This document shows, piece after piece, positions 38,050 to 48,054 of a stretch of 64,000 nt of DNA. Under the pieces are notes generated by a model that did not search any database, had not been told where the DNA came from, and worked only from the letters and a program-made list of their open reading frames with translations. The stretch lies in the NCBI GenBank assembly GCA_905215825.1, contig CAJMRO010000001.1, positions 739-64,738 on the forward strand, in the 5' to 3' direction. Numbering within the stretch: the stretch's first letter is position 1; each line of letters begins with the position of its first letter. This stretch comes from an uncultured bacterium. Its GTDB lineage: Bacteria; Actinomycetota; Coriobacteriia; Coriobacteriales; Coriobacteriaceae. Position numbers and translations under genes: made by a program.

Positions 38050-39069
38050 CTAAAGTTTCAAACGAATCGCATCGATGATGCGTGCGCAGCGCCGTGTGGC
38101 GGCTAGGGACATGACGGGGCTTTCGAGTTTCCCCGCCTGAATGAGCTGCGTCGCATGCGATGTCTCACCGTAAAAATCATCGACCTCAAATGGTGCATCG
38201 ATTTCGAGTACTCGACCGTCGGAGTACTTCACATGGGCGAGCTCGGGGCGATGGAGACGCTCGATTTCCAACGAGCCCCGCTCACAGGCAATCGTTAAGC
38301 GGCTTTCATATGTTGCTTTGCCGTCGCACACCATATGAATGGGTATACCGCCGACGCTCATATGGATCTCGTCGGCCCAATCGACGCGACCGCCCGATAC
38401 GTCACGCCAGCGAACTTCACGGGACGAAACCTCGCACGCGCCCGCGAGCAAATCCTCAAACCAACCGACCGCATAACAGCCCATGTCATATAGACAGCCG
38501 CCCTGCAACGGATCAAGCAGATAGCCCGAAGGAGACTCGCCGTAATCGAGCTTTTGCACGCTTTCAATCGAGACAATACGGCCAAGCTCACCCGACGCAA
38601 GCAAGTCTTTCACGCGAGCGCGCATCGGGCAAAACCGATTCTTCATCGCCTCCATAAACAGCACGCCGCGCTCGCGAGAGGTGGAGGCAATCGAGAGAGC
38701 CTCTTCCTCACTCAAAACGGCCGGCTTTTCGCACAGCACGGCCTTTCCGGCGCGCAGCGCGCGACAGGCCCAACGCGTATGCATGCCATGCGGAAGAGCC
38801 AAGTAGATTGCGTCGACATCGGGGTCGGCAATCAGCGCGTCATAAGCCGCATCGCCGTTATCGTCGGCCGAGGCATGGCCATGCGCAGCATCGATCGAAA
38901 ACGCTCGACAAAATTCCTCGACATGTGCAGGAGTGCGACCGGCCGCAGCCACCAGCCGTGCCCCGTCGACCTTCTTGAGCGACGATGCAAATCGATGAGA
39001 AATGTGCCCAGCGCCCAAAATGCCCCAACGAACCCCACGCGAATCATTACATGAATCCCGATGGCCCAC
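38050..39069 (-). CDS. Gfo/Idh/MocA oxidoreductase
   Basis: WGILGAG.I, IYLALPH..H, VLCEKP, GG.LYDMG.Y. Confidence 0.9.
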   Translation of the reverse strand: MGHRDSCNDSRGVRWGILGAGHISHRFASSLKKVDGARLVAAAGRTPAHVEEFCRAFSIDAAHGHASADDNGDAAYDALIADPDVDAIYLALPHGMHTRWACRALRAGKAVLCEKPAVLSEEEALSIASTSRERGVLFMEAMKNRFCPMRARVKDLLASGELGRIVSIESVQKLDYGESPSGYLLDPLQGGCLYDMGCYAVGWFEDLLAGACEVSSREVRWRDVSGGRVDWADEIHMSVGGIPIHMVCDGKATYESRLTIACERGSLEIERLHRPELAHVKYSDGRVLEIDAPFEVDDFYGETSHATQLIQAGKLESPVMSLAATRRCARIIDAIRLKL

Positions 39070-39080
39070 GACAGCCCCCT

Positions 39081-39157
39081 TCAGTTGCGGTGGAATAGTC
39101 CCTGTTTAAGCCCTATTCTGCCGCAAACAGGAACTATTCCACCGCAAGTTATAAAAG
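39081..39157. repeat. 77-bp hairpin repeat, family C, copy 2
   Basis: tcagttgcggtggaata..tattccaccgcaagttataaaag. Confidence 0.75.
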
Positions 39158-39159
39158 GG

Positions 39160-40350
39160 TCACGAGGAGCGCGTTTTGCCGAAGGCCTTAAGCACTGCCG
39201 TCACGGGTCCAGGCTGGAAGCGTCGGCGCACGTCATCGAGACGCTCGGGGATATCGATATGCTGTGGGCAGTGGCGCGCGCATTTGCCGCACTTGACGCA
39301 ATTGCTCACCAGCTTGGCCTCGCTCGTCCGCACCGCGCTCGCCGTAAAATACTGCGACAGGCCCGTAAACCAGCTGTGCGCATAGCTTGCGTTGTAGGCG
39401 GCGAAACACCCAGGGATGTTGATGCCTTTAGGACACGGCATACAGTAGCCGCATCCCGTGCAGGGCACGCGATTCGATTTCTCAAACTCCGTCAGCACGT
39501 GCGCGATGGCATCGAGCTGAGTAGCTGTCATCGAATCCGGCAGGGCCCGATCGGCCAACACCGCGTTCTCATCAACCTGCGCGGTATCGGTCATACCCGA
39601 AAGCAGCATCGTCACCTGAGGATGATTCCACACCCACGAAAGACCCCAGGCGGCAGGAGTGCGCAAATGCGGGTCACGGGCACTATCGAGCACAGCGCGA
39701 GCCCGTGGCGGCAGTTTGCCCGCTAAACGCCCGCCCAGCAGCGGCTCCATCACAAACACCGCTAGGCCTCGCTCGGCGGCGGCCATGAGCCCCGCCGTTC
39801 CCGCCTGATAGCGCTCTCCAGCGTAATTGTACTGGATCTGGCAAAAGTCCCACTCATACGCATCGAGCATCGTGAGAAAGTCCGCCGCGCTGCCGTGGTA
39901 TGAAAAACCGATCTGGCGAATGCGCCCCGAAGCCTTTTGGCGCGCAATCCAGTCCTCGATGCCCAGTGCCACCACGCGCTCCCACTGGGCGGGCGAGGTA
40001 ATGTTATGCATAAGGTAATAGTCGATATGGTCGGTCCGCAGGCGACGCAGCTGCTCGTCGAAGAACCGATCGAAATCCTCCGCGCACTTGCACGAAGCAT
40101 GCGGCAACTTAGTCGCCAGCAACACCCGGTCACGCAGCCCCAAGCGCTCAAGCGAGGCGCCCACGCACGCCTCGTTACCGGGATAGAGATACGCGGTGTC
40201 CAGATAATTAATCCCCTGCTCCACCGCACGGGAAATGATGGCGTCGGCTGCCTTCGCATCCGGGCGTCCCGGCGCACCGGGAAACCTCATGCAGCCCAGC
40301 CCCAACGCCGAGATACGGTTGCCGCTTTTGGGGTCAACGCGATATTGCAC
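39160..40350 (-). CDS. Aldo/keto reductase with C-terminal 4Fe-4S dicluster
   Basis: LGLGCMRFP, DTAYLY, ATKLP, QIQYNY, MEPLLGG, CTGCGYCMPCP, CVKCGKCARHCPQ. Confidence 0.9.
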   Translation of the reverse strand: MQYRVDPKSGNRISALGLGCMRFPGAPGRPDAKAADAIISRAVEQGINYLDTAYLYPGNEACVGASLERLGLRDRVLLATKLPHASCKCAEDFDRFFDEQLRRLRTDHIDYYLMHNITSPAQWERVVALGIEDWIARQKASGRIRQIGFSYHGSAADFLTMLDAYEWDFCQIQYNYAGERYQAGTAGLMAAAERGLAVFVMEPLLGGRLAGKLPPRARAVLDSARDPHLRTPAAWGLSWVWNHPQVTMLLSGMTDTAQVDENAVLADRALPDSMTATQLDAIAHVLTEFEKSNRVPCTGCGYCMPCPKGINIPGCFAAYNASYAHSWFTGLSQYFTASAVRTSEAKLVSNCVKCGKCARHCPQHIDIPERLDDVRRRFQPGPVTAVLKAFGKTRSS

Positions 40351-40501
40351 GGCCCCTCCCTTCGCCATCAGCGCCCCGGCAAGGCGAAACACAATGGTCA
40401 CGCAGCCGAAACATCGTTGAATCGCAATCGAGAACGTATCGTAACGCAGCAGAAATCGAGCTGTCACGGCACCGCTTTAACATCAGCAAAAAGCCCGATG
40501 A

Positions 40502-40708
40502 AAGGAGCCGGGCATCACCACGTGCGAGGACGCCTACCCCTACCCCGGCGAGCAATACATCCTCTCGGTCGACCGCCATCAAATCGAAGTCATGGACCAT
40601 CTGGACGAGCTTCCCGCCACAGGCGCCGTCATCTTCTGCACCTTCCCCAAGGTCCGCGATGGCGTCGGATACCCCGCCCGCGTCTTTGCGGTCTGCCCCG
40701 CGGCATAA
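40502..40708 (+). pseudogene. C-terminal remnant of cyclase-family (kynurenine formamidase-like) gene
   Basis: Frame reads ..YPGEQYILSVDRHQIEVMDHLDELPATGAVIFCTFPKVRDGVGYPARVFAVCP..*; in-frame TGA at 40499 and no 5' portion. Confidence 0.7.
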
Positions 40709-40831
40709 GCGCACAGCGCAATAGTTTCTTTTTCATAACAGCCGCCCCGCGCACCCACCAATCACCCTGGCAGCATACAATCCATCAGGCGCCCCTTACG
40801 CGGGCGCCTTTTACATGGGGAGATGATTCAC

Positions 40832-41746
40832 ATGCAGATCAACAAGGTCGCCTTTATCGGCAAGGGCGGCGTCGGCCTGCTCTACGGCAGCATGATTGCC
40901 AAGGCCCTCGGCAATGACGCCGTCGAATACGTTATGGATGACACCCGTTTTGAGCGTCACGCGAACGACGCGCTCACCGTCAACGGCAAGCCCTGCGATC
41001 TCACGTCCGTCCGTGCCAGCGAGGCGACGCCCGCCGATCTGGTCATCCTGACAGTCAAGACCACCGGTCTCGACCAAGCACTCAAGACTATGGAGCGCGT
41101 CGTGGGACCCAACACGCTCATCGCCTCGCTGTGCAACGGCATTACGAGCGAGCAAAAGATTGCCGAACGCTTTGGCTGGGAGCATACCGTTCTTGGTATC
41201 TGCCAGGGCATGGACGCCGTGTTTCTCAACGGCGCGCTCACCTTTACCAATGCGGGCGAAATCCGCTTTGGCGCGGCGGCCGGCACGAACCCCGCAACCA
41301 TCACCGCAATCGACGAGCTCTATACGCGCTGCGGCATCGCCCATACCGTCGAGGACGACATCGCCCACCGCATGTGGGCCAAACTCATGCTCAACGACGG
41401 CATCAACCAGACCTGCATGGCCTACGGCGGGACCTACGGAAGCGCCACGGAGCCGGGCTCCGAGCAGCGTCGCTGCTTTGTTTCCGCCATGCGCGAAACG
41501 CTTGCGGTCGCCAACGCCGAGGGCGTTGAACTGACCGAGGCAGACCTGACGCAAATGGTGCACCTCATCGAGGGAATCGACCCCGCCGGTATGCCCTCGA
41601 TGGCTCAAGACCGCATCGCAAGGCGCAAAACCGAGGTTGATGAGTTCGCGGGCACCATCTGCCGCCTCGCAGCCAAACACGATATCCAGGCACCGCAAAA
41701 CGAGTGGCTCTATCGGCGCATCCGCGATATCGAGAAAAGCTGGTAG
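40832..41746 (+). CDS. Ketopantoate reductase family protein (PanE/ApbA)
   Basis: IGKGGVG, LTVK, SLCNG, MWAKLMLN, SMAQD..RKTEVD. Confidence 0.85.
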   Translation: MQINKVAFIGKGGVGLLYGSMIAKALGNDAVEYVMDDTRFERHANDALTVNGKPCDLTSVRASEATPADLVILTVKTTGLDQALKTMERVVGPNTLIASLCNGITSEQKIAERFGWEHTVLGICQGMDAVFLNGALTFTNAGEIRFGAAAGTNPATITAIDELYTRCGIAHTVEDDIAHRMWAKLMLNDGINQTCMAYGGTYGSATEPGSEQRRCFVSAMRETLAVANAEGVELTEADLTQMVHLIEGIDPAGMPSMAQDRIARRKTEVDEFAGTICRLAAKHDIQAPQNEWLYRRIRDIEKSW

Positions 41747-41855
41747 CGCCGACGCGCCGCATTCAACAGCCTTAACAGCAAAACCGCCGCAAGGGAACCT
41801 TTCCCCTGCGGCGGCCTTCATCTTCGTCTATGACCGGCGGCCGATCTCACAACAG

Positions 41856-42062
41856 TTAGCGTTGCGACCCCGGCACCTCGTCCTCATCGTCGCGGCAAAG
41901 AACCACGCCTGCGCTTCCCAGCAGCGTGGCCGCGATCAGCGCGCCGACCACGATAGGAGCAGCCCCGCATGTCCCCTGCATGTCCGCGACGAGCGCGGCC
42001 GTGGGACCAAGGCAGCCAAGCATCAACGCGACGGCGGCAACGGCAATATCTCGAGCATTCAC
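41856..42062 (-). CDS. Small hypothetical two-TM membrane protein
   Basis: GGAGG upstream of GTG; two hydrophobic segments. Confidence 0.5.
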   Translation of the reverse strand: MNARDIAVAAVALMLGCLGPTAALVADMQGTCGAAPIVVGALIAATLLGSAGVVLCRDDEDEVPGSQR

Positions 42063-42248
42063 AAGACCACTTCCTCCAAGAGAAAGACCTTATTTCTCAA
42101 GAACCAGTGTGCCCCGCATCCATACGCCCAGCGTACCGCCACGGTAAGGGCTCTGTTAACTCAAACGCATACATAGAACGGACGTCCTTACGTTGCCCTA
42201 AAGCTCGGTAAAGACGCCCGTCCGCCAAATATCCGTGATGCAGAAAAA

Positions 42249-43022
42249 TTACCAACCGGTGTAGTAATCGGTGGTTCCGGCAGCGCAGCCGGAGTCATAG
42301 ACCTTGCAATCACCCTTGGAGCCCGTAAAGGTCGAGCCCTGGGCCATATCGCCCGCGGCAACAACGTAATAGCCGTCGGAATCGCGCCAGAAGCCCTCAG
42401 AATCCTGAGTCCATTCGCCCGTGCGATAGTGATAAAGCACATTGCTGCTGTAATAGGTCTCGCGGCGCCCGTTGTAGTTATTGACACCCGCAGAGCGCGT
42501 CAGGCCCGATCCGTTCGCGTAGGACGCGGCAGACGCGTAAGACGGAGTGTAACCGGCGTTGTAGTACGAAGCCTGGGCGGCCTCGGCAGCCTCCGCCTCG
42601 GCGGCAGCCTCGAGCGCTTCGCGCTTGGCATCCTCAAGCGCAGCGCGCAGCTCATCGAGCTCGGTCGACTTGGCGTCGACCTCCCCCATCGTCAACAGGC
42701 TACCCGCACCGTCGATGCAACCCTGCAGCACAGCACGCTCGTCATCGGTAGCATAGTCGCCATACATATTCATAATGATCTGAGCGCGCATCTCAAGGGA
42801 ATCGCGCTTGGCCTCCATCGAGGCGTTCCACTCCTGCATGGAACCATAACCATCGCCGCGATAGTCAACGGGCTGCACCAGCGTCGCCTCGGACGGCGTA
42901 GGTCCAACCGTATCGGATAGTGTTGCCGCGTGGGCATCGGTTGCACCGGCGCCCGCCAAAAGTGCCACGGTCAGAGCGGCGGAAAGGGCGGCGGCTTTCG
43001 GTTTTCGTGAATCGATCCTCAT
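42249..43022 (-). CDS. Secreted protein with coiled-coil and C-terminal 3D-like (cell-wall lytic) domain
   Basis: Signal peptide ending AHA, helical linker, C-terminal VVAA..G....KVYDSG..GTTDYY resembling 3D domain; GGAGG RBS. Confidence 0.6.
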   Translation of the reverse strand: MRIDSRKPKAAALSAALTVALLAGAGATDAHAATLSDTVGPTPSEATLVQPVDYRGDGYGSMQEWNASMEAKRDSLEMRAQIIMNMYGDYATDDERAVLQGCIDGAGSLLTMGEVDAKSTELDELRAALEDAKREALEAAAEAEAAEAAQASYYNAGYTPSYASAASYANGSGLTRSAGVNNYNGRRETYYSSNVLYHYRTGEWTQDSEGFWRDSDGYYVVAAGDMAQGSTFTGSKGDCKVYDSGCAAGTTDYYTGW

Positions 43023-43234
43023 GTAGCTGGAAACCTCCGTAGTGCGTTTTTGCTGCGTTTGAGCTGCGTGTGATTCGATCGCGCTGCATAGTACCCCGAG
43101 CAAATCGCGACCTGCGGTTTTACTCAAAAGGCGCACGTCAATTGCGTAAAACTCACATCCTCTTAACAGGAGTTTTCCACATCTCGATTGCATAAAGCAT
43201 GCCAAAAACCCTGTTTTTGCACCCGCTCTATGCA

Positions 43235-43274
43235 AAAAAGGCGCCTGTGCAACCATTGTTCGCACAGGCGCCTT
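43235..43274 (-). terminator. Terminator of metY
   Basis: aaggcgcctgtgc..gcacaggcgcctt with T-run on minus strand. Confidence 0.75.
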
Positions 43275-43334
43275 GAGCAGGCATTTTATGCAGTTATACC
43301 CATCGAGTCGCAAGGGGTCCTTGCACAAGTCGCC

Positions 43335-44645
43335 TTACTCGTCCAGCGCGGCGAAGGCCTGCTTCAGATCCCAAATGATATCCTCGGCGTTCTCAGTACC
43401 GATGGAAAGACGAATCGTGGAGGGCGTGATGTTCTGCTCGGCGAGCTCCTCGGCAGAGAGCTGGGAGTGCGTGGTGGTAGCCGGGTGTACGACGAGCGAC
43501 TTGACGTCGGCCACGTTGGCGAGCAGCGAGAACACCTGCAGATGATCGATGAACTTCCAAGCTGCCTCCTGGCCACCCTTAATCTCAAAGGTAAAGATCG
43601 AGGCACCGCCACGGGGGAAGTACTTCTGATAGAGCTCGTGATCGGGGTGCTCAGGCAGGCTCGGGTGGTTCACCTTGGCGACGTGGCTGTCACCAGCCAG
43701 GAACTCAGCGACCTTCTTGGTGTTCTCGACATGACGGTCAACGCGCAGCGACAGAGTCTCGGTGCCCTGGAGCAGGACCCAGGCGTTGAACGGGCTGATG
43801 CAGGCGCCCTCGTCACGCAGCAGGATAGCGCGGACATAGGTTGCGAAGGCGGCGGGACCGGCAGCCTCGGCAAACGAAACACCGTGGTAGGAGGGGTTGG
43901 ACTCAGCGATCTGGGCGTACTTTCCGCTCGCCTTCCAATCGAAGTTACCGCCGTCGACGATCACACCGCCCAGCGAGGTGCCGTGACCACCGATAAACTT
44001 GGTCGCGGAGTGAACGACAATGTTGGCACCATGCTCCAGCGGACGGAACAGATACGGGGTGCCGAAGGTGTTGTCGACGACAACCGGCAGACCGTGCTTC
44101 TTGGCGATTTCGGAGATGGCGTCGATGTTGGGGATGTCGGAGTTGGGGTTGCCGAGCGTCTCGAGATAGACGACCGTGGTGTTGTCCTTGATGGCACCCT
44201 CGATCTCTTCCAGGTTATGGGCATCGACAAACGTGGTCTCGACGCCAAACTGGGAGAGCGTATGCTCCAGCAGGTTGTAGGAGCCACCGTAGATGGTCTT
44301 CTGAGCCACTACGTGGTCACCGGCCTGGGCAAGAGCCTGCAGGGTATAGGTGATGGCAGCAGCACCGGAGGCGACGGCAAGACCTGCCACGCCACCCTCG
44401 AGGGCGGCGATACGGTCCTCGAAGACGCCCTGGGTGGAGTTGGTCAGACGGCCGTAGATGTTACCGGCGTCGGCAAGACCAAAGCGGTCGGCGGCGTGCT
44501 GGGAGTTGCGGAACACATAGCTCGTGGTCTGGTAGATAGGCACGGCACGGGAGTCGGATGCAGGATCGGCGCTCTCCTGGCCAACGTGCAGCTGCAGGGT
44601 ATCGAAACCAAAGGTGTGCTCGGGATTGTTGATGAACTGGCTCAT
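43335..44645 (-). CDS. metY: O-acetylhomoserine aminocarboxypropyltransferase / cysteine synthase
   Basis: RAVPIYQTTSY, GNIYGR, HSATKFIGGHG, LANVADVKSL..HPATTTH. Confidence 0.93.
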   Translation of the reverse strand: MSQFINNPEHTFGFDTLQLHVGQESADPASDSRAVPIYQTTSYVFRNSQHAADRFGLADAGNIYGRLTNSTQGVFEDRIAALEGGVAGLAVASGAAAITYTLQALAQAGDHVVAQKTIYGGSYNLLEHTLSQFGVETTFVDAHNLEEIEGAIKDNTTVVYLETLGNPNSDIPNIDAISEIAKKHGLPVVVDNTFGTPYLFRPLEHGANIVVHSATKFIGGHGTSLGGVIVDGGNFDWKASGKYAQIAESNPSYHGVSFAEAAGPAAFATYVRAILLRDEGACISPFNAWVLLQGTETLSLRVDRHVENTKKVAEFLAGDSHVAKVNHPSLPEHPDHELYQKYFPRGGASIFTFEIKGGQEAAWKFIDHLQVFSLLANVADVKSLVVHPATTTHSQLSAEELAEQNITPSTIRLSIGTENAEDIIWDLKQAFAALDE

Positions 44646-44707
44646 GATGATCTCCTTGATCGAACAAAAGTTAATAAATTAGAGAGAAGTAAGTCGCTGT
44701 CTCCTGA

Positions 44708-44761
44708 TCACGCCAACGGGCGCAAACAGGAGCCCGGCATTCGTCTTGGTAAGCAATTCAT
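44708..44761 (-). CDS. Putative 17-aa leader peptide MNCLPRRMPGSCLRPLA upstream of metY
   Basis: AAAGGAGG RBS (44776-44769) before ATG 44761. Confidence 0.5.
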   Translation of the reverse strand: MNCLPRRMPGSCLRPLA

Positions 44762-44877
44762 ATGCGGGCCTCCTTTCGCATCCCGGTTCCGTGGTTGGCT
44801 TAATTACCTACCGCCTTTGTGTGTTTTGAATAGTACGAGCATTGTTTCCCTCGGTCAATCACTTAAAAGCGCTAACC

Positions 44878-44900
44878 TGTTATCTGTTTTATAGATAACA
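44878..44900. promoter_or_regulatory. Palindromic LysR-type site between divergent metY and lysR
   Basis: tgttatct-N7-agataaca. Confidence 0.5.
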
Positions 44901-44919
44901 ATCGAAAGGACGAGCGCCG

Positions 44920-45822
44920 ATGACCCTCCAGCAGCTTCGTTTTCTGATCGCCGTGGCAGAGTCCGGCTCAATCAACGCCGCAGCTCAGCGCCTCTATACT
45001 GCTCAGTCCAACATCTCAAACGCCGTCAAAAGCCTGGAGCAGGAACTTCATATCGAAATCTTTACGCGCTCTAGCCGCGGTGTTGCACTCACCAACGACG
45101 GCACCGAGCTTTTGGGTTATGCACGCCAGGTCGTAGAGCAGGCCGACATGCTCGAGGCCCGCTACGAGGACGGCGGTACACCTCAGGCCCGCCTTGCCAT
45201 CTCGGCCCAACACTACGCGTTTTCGGTCGAGGCCTTTGTCAACGTAGTCGAGCGCTGCCGCGACAGCAAGTTCGAGTTCATCATGCGCGAGACCACCACA
45301 GCGCAGATCATCGACGACGTGCGCGCGTTTCGCAGCGACATCGGTATCCTCTATCTGGACGACTTTAATACCCGTGTCTTGCAGAAGGCCTTCGCCGATG
45401 CCCGCGCAAGCTTTCATCCCCTATTCGACGCGACGGTCCACGTCTTCGTTAGCGAGCGCCACCCGCTCGCCCGCCGCCCTCAGCTGTCCCTTGCCGATCT
45501 CACGCCCTATACGCGCTACAGCTTTGAGCAAGGCACCTCAAACTCCTTCTATTACGCCGAGGAACCTTTTAGCTATATCCCTTGCGACCGCAACATACGA
45601 ATCTCGGACCGCGGAACACTTACTAACTTACTTATCACGTCGAACGGTTACACCCTGTCGACCGGTGTCCTCTCCAATGAAATGCAATGGGGTATGGCAT
45701 CGATCCCGTTAGCAGACGCCCCAACGATGCGCGTAGGCTATATCATGCACGACGAGCGCAAGCCCTCTCCCCTCTTGCAGCAATACCTCGACGAGCTCAA
45801 CCGCATCATCCATGCCAACTAA
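44920..45822 (+). CDS. LysR-family regulator (CysR/MtaR-like)
   Basis: MTLQQLR..GSINAAA..AQSNISNAVKSLE..SAQHYAF..DRGTL.NL. Confidence 0.92.
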   Translation: MTLQQLRFLIAVAESGSINAAAQRLYTAQSNISNAVKSLEQELHIEIFTRSSRGVALTNDGTELLGYARQVVEQADMLEARYEDGGTPQARLAISAQHYAFSVEAFVNVVERCRDSKFEFIMRETTTAQIIDDVRAFRSDIGILYLDDFNTRVLQKAFADARASFHPLFDATVHVFVSERHPLARRPQLSLADLTPYTRYSFEQGTSNSFYYAEEPFSYIPCDRNIRISDRGTLTNLLITSNGYTLSTGVLSNEMQWGMASIPLADAPTMRVGYIMHDERKPSPLLQQYLDELNRIIHAN

Positions 45823-45921
45823 CTGTCGGAAGACGGGGTAGAAATCGTAGATTGCTAGCCCCCGGCAGGCATGGCGCTACAATGGTCACTCACATGAAAC
45901 GTACCCGACGAAAGGAAGCCC

Positions 45922-46407
45922 GTGAAGGTCATCATCTATACCGACGGCTCGGCCCGATCAAATCCGGGACGCGGCGGCTACGGCGCCGTGCTCAAATACA
46001 CCAACCCCGCCGGCAAGACCTTTACCTCCGAGCTTTCGCGCGGCTACGCCAAGACCACCAACAACCGCATGGAGCTCATGGCGGTTATCGTGGCGCTCGA
46101 GGCACTCAACCGCCCCTGCGAGGTCGAAGTCCATTCCGATTCGCAGTACGTCGTCAACGCCTTTAACAAGCACTGGATCGACGGCTGGAAAAAGCGCGGA
46201 TGGAAAACCGCCAACAAGCAACCCGTCAAGAACCGAGACTTGTGGGAGCGCCTGCTTGCCGCAAAGAGCAAGCATAAGGTGGAGTTCATCTGGGTTAAGG
46301 GACATGCCGGCCACGAGCTCAACGAGCGCTGCGACGAGCTCGCCACCACCGCGGCCGACGGGGCCAACCTCGATATCGACACCGGGTTTAACGAGAGCGA
46401 CCTGTAA
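45922..46407 (+). CDS. rnhA: Ribonuclease HI
   Basis: [38 protein letters not shown]. Confidence 0.96.
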   Translation: MKVIIYTDGSARSNPGRGGYGAVLKYTNPAGKTFTSELSRGYAKTTNNRMELMAVIVALEALNRPCEVEVHSDSQYVVNAFNKHWIDGWKKRGWKTANKQPVKNRDLWERLLAAKSKHKVEFIWVKGHAGHELNERCDELATTAADGANLDIDTGFNESDL

Positions 46408-46482
46408 CGGCGTTTTCGCACGCAATTTCCTGCGCCCTCGCGCTACACTCATCCTGTAAACCGAACGGCACGAGGGGGATAC

Positions 46483-47589
46483 ATGCTGCGTATAGCAACC
46501 ATCGGCACATCCATGATTACCAACGACTTTATCCAGGTCGTCAACGCCAACGACCAAGCCGCGTTTGTGGGTACGCTCTCGCGCGATGCCGATCGCGGTG
46601 CCGCCTTTACCGCCGAGCGCGGTGGCGAGCGAAACTTCACCGCGCTTGACGAGCTTGCGTCCGCCGACGACGTCGACGCCGTCTACATCGGCAGCCCCAA
46701 TGCGCTCCACTACGAGCAGGCGCTCGCCTGCATCGCCGGTGGCAAGCACGTCATCGTCGAGAAGCCCTTCTGCGCCACCGAAGCGCAGGCGTTGGAAGTC
46801 TTCCGCGCTGCCGAGGCAGCAGGTGTCGTGGCCCTCGAGGCCATGCGTCCCCTCCACGATCCCGCCTTCCACGCCATCGAGGATGCCCTGGGCGAGATCG
46901 CCCCCATCCGCCGCGCCTCATTGCGCTTTGGCAAGTATTCTTCGCGCTACAACGAAGTTCTCGCGGGGCGCGCCACCAACATTTTCGACTGCCACATGGC
47001 CTCGGGCTCCCTCATGGACATCGGTGTCTACACCGTCGAGCCCATGGTCGAGATCTTCGGCATGCCCTCCGGCCTCACCAGCATGACCACGCTGCTCGAC
47101 CCCTCAACGCAAGAGCTCACCCATGGCCCCATCGACGGTTGCGGTTCCATTCTCGCCAGCTATGGCGGAGGGCGTATCTCCGTCGAACTTGCGCATTCAA
47201 AGATCACCAACGACCTGCTGCCCTCGCAAATCGAAGGTGAGCGCGGCACCATCCAGATTGACCATCTGTCCACGCCCCGCAACGTACGCATCGACTACCG
47301 CGGCGACGTCGTGCACGGATCGGCGACCGAGGCGCCGCGCGAGCAAGGCGGCAACGGCCGCGCGCTCGACCTTCCCAAGTCAAGCAACACCATGGAATAC
47401 GAGCTTGCCGACTTTATCACCGCTATCGACGGCGTTCATCACGTTAAAGATGAGATTTGGGAAACACCGGCTGGGCGCCATGAGCTTGGCCACTATCGCG
47501 ATGTCACGCTTGTCTCACTGCGCATCATGGATGCCGTGCGTCAGCAGGCCGGCATTACCTTCCCCGCCGATTCAGTCAAGCAGGCCTAG
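46483..47589 (+). CDS. Gfo/Idh/MocA oxidoreductase
   Basis: IGTSMIT, YIGSPNALH, VEKP, KYSSRY, GSLMDIGVY. Confidence 0.9.
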   Translation: MLRIATIGTSMITNDFIQVVNANDQAAFVGTLSRDADRGAAFTAERGGERNFTALDELASADDVDAVYIGSPNALHYEQALACIAGGKHVIVEKPFCATEAQALEVFRAAEAAGVVALEAMRPLHDPAFHAIEDALGEIAPIRRASLRFGKYSSRYNEVLAGRATNIFDCHMASGSLMDIGVYTVEPMVEIFGMPSGLTSMTTLLDPSTQELTHGPIDGCGSILASYGGGRISVELAHSKITNDLLPSQIEGERGTIQIDHLSTPRNVRIDYRGDVVHGSATEAPREQGGNGRALDLPKSSNTMEYELADFITAIDGVHHVKDEIWETPAGRHELGHYRDVTLVSLRIMDAVRQQAGITFPADSVKQA

Positions 47590-47591
47590 CG

Positions 47592-47993
47592 ATGGGCTTT
47601 TTTGACAAGTTCTTCTCCGGCGGCAGTCGAGAGCCTCAAAAACCATCAAACGTTGAGCTCGAGCTGCGCCGCAGGCTTACTGTGCTCGCAAGCGACGAGG
47701 CCACTCAAGACACCCCCCTGCGCTACTTCCTGCGCTGGGCGGGGCAAGTCCAGGGCGTTGGTTTTCGCTTTACCAACACCAACCTCGCGCAGGCACGCGC
47801 ACTCACCGGCTGGGTGTGTAACATGGAAGACGGTTCGGTCGAAATGGAGGTACAAGGCGCGCCCGCGGATATCCTGTCTCACCTCGAAGCGCTCCATGCC
47901 TCCTATGAGCGCATGGGAACGCGCTTTCGCCTCGTAGACGCCCAAGTCCGAGCCCCACTTGCCAATGAAGACGGTTTCAGTCCTCATTATTAG
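47592..47993 (+). CDS. Acylphosphatase
   Basis: GQVQGVGFR, LTGWV.N..DGSVE.EVQG. Confidence 0.85.
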   Translation: MGFFDKFFSGGSREPQKPSNVELELRRRLTVLASDEATQDTPLRYFLRWAGQVQGVGFRFTNTNLAQARALTGWVCNMEDGSVEMEVQGAPADILSHLEALHASYERMGTRFRLVDAQVRAPLANEDGFSPHY

Positions 47994-48054
47994 TATTGTG
48001 TGCTAAATACGGTATCATTTACCTACGACCGTTGATAGAAAAGAGGCGAGGCGC

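Noticed and set aside
43023..43230. c-di-AMP (ydaO) riboswitch upstream of the 3D-like secreted protein
   Set aside because: Could not find the conserved motifs by eye; needs an Rfam scan.
44646..44860. SAM or T-box riboswitch upstream of metY
   Set aside because: No recognisable consensus; the leader-ORF interpretation fits better.
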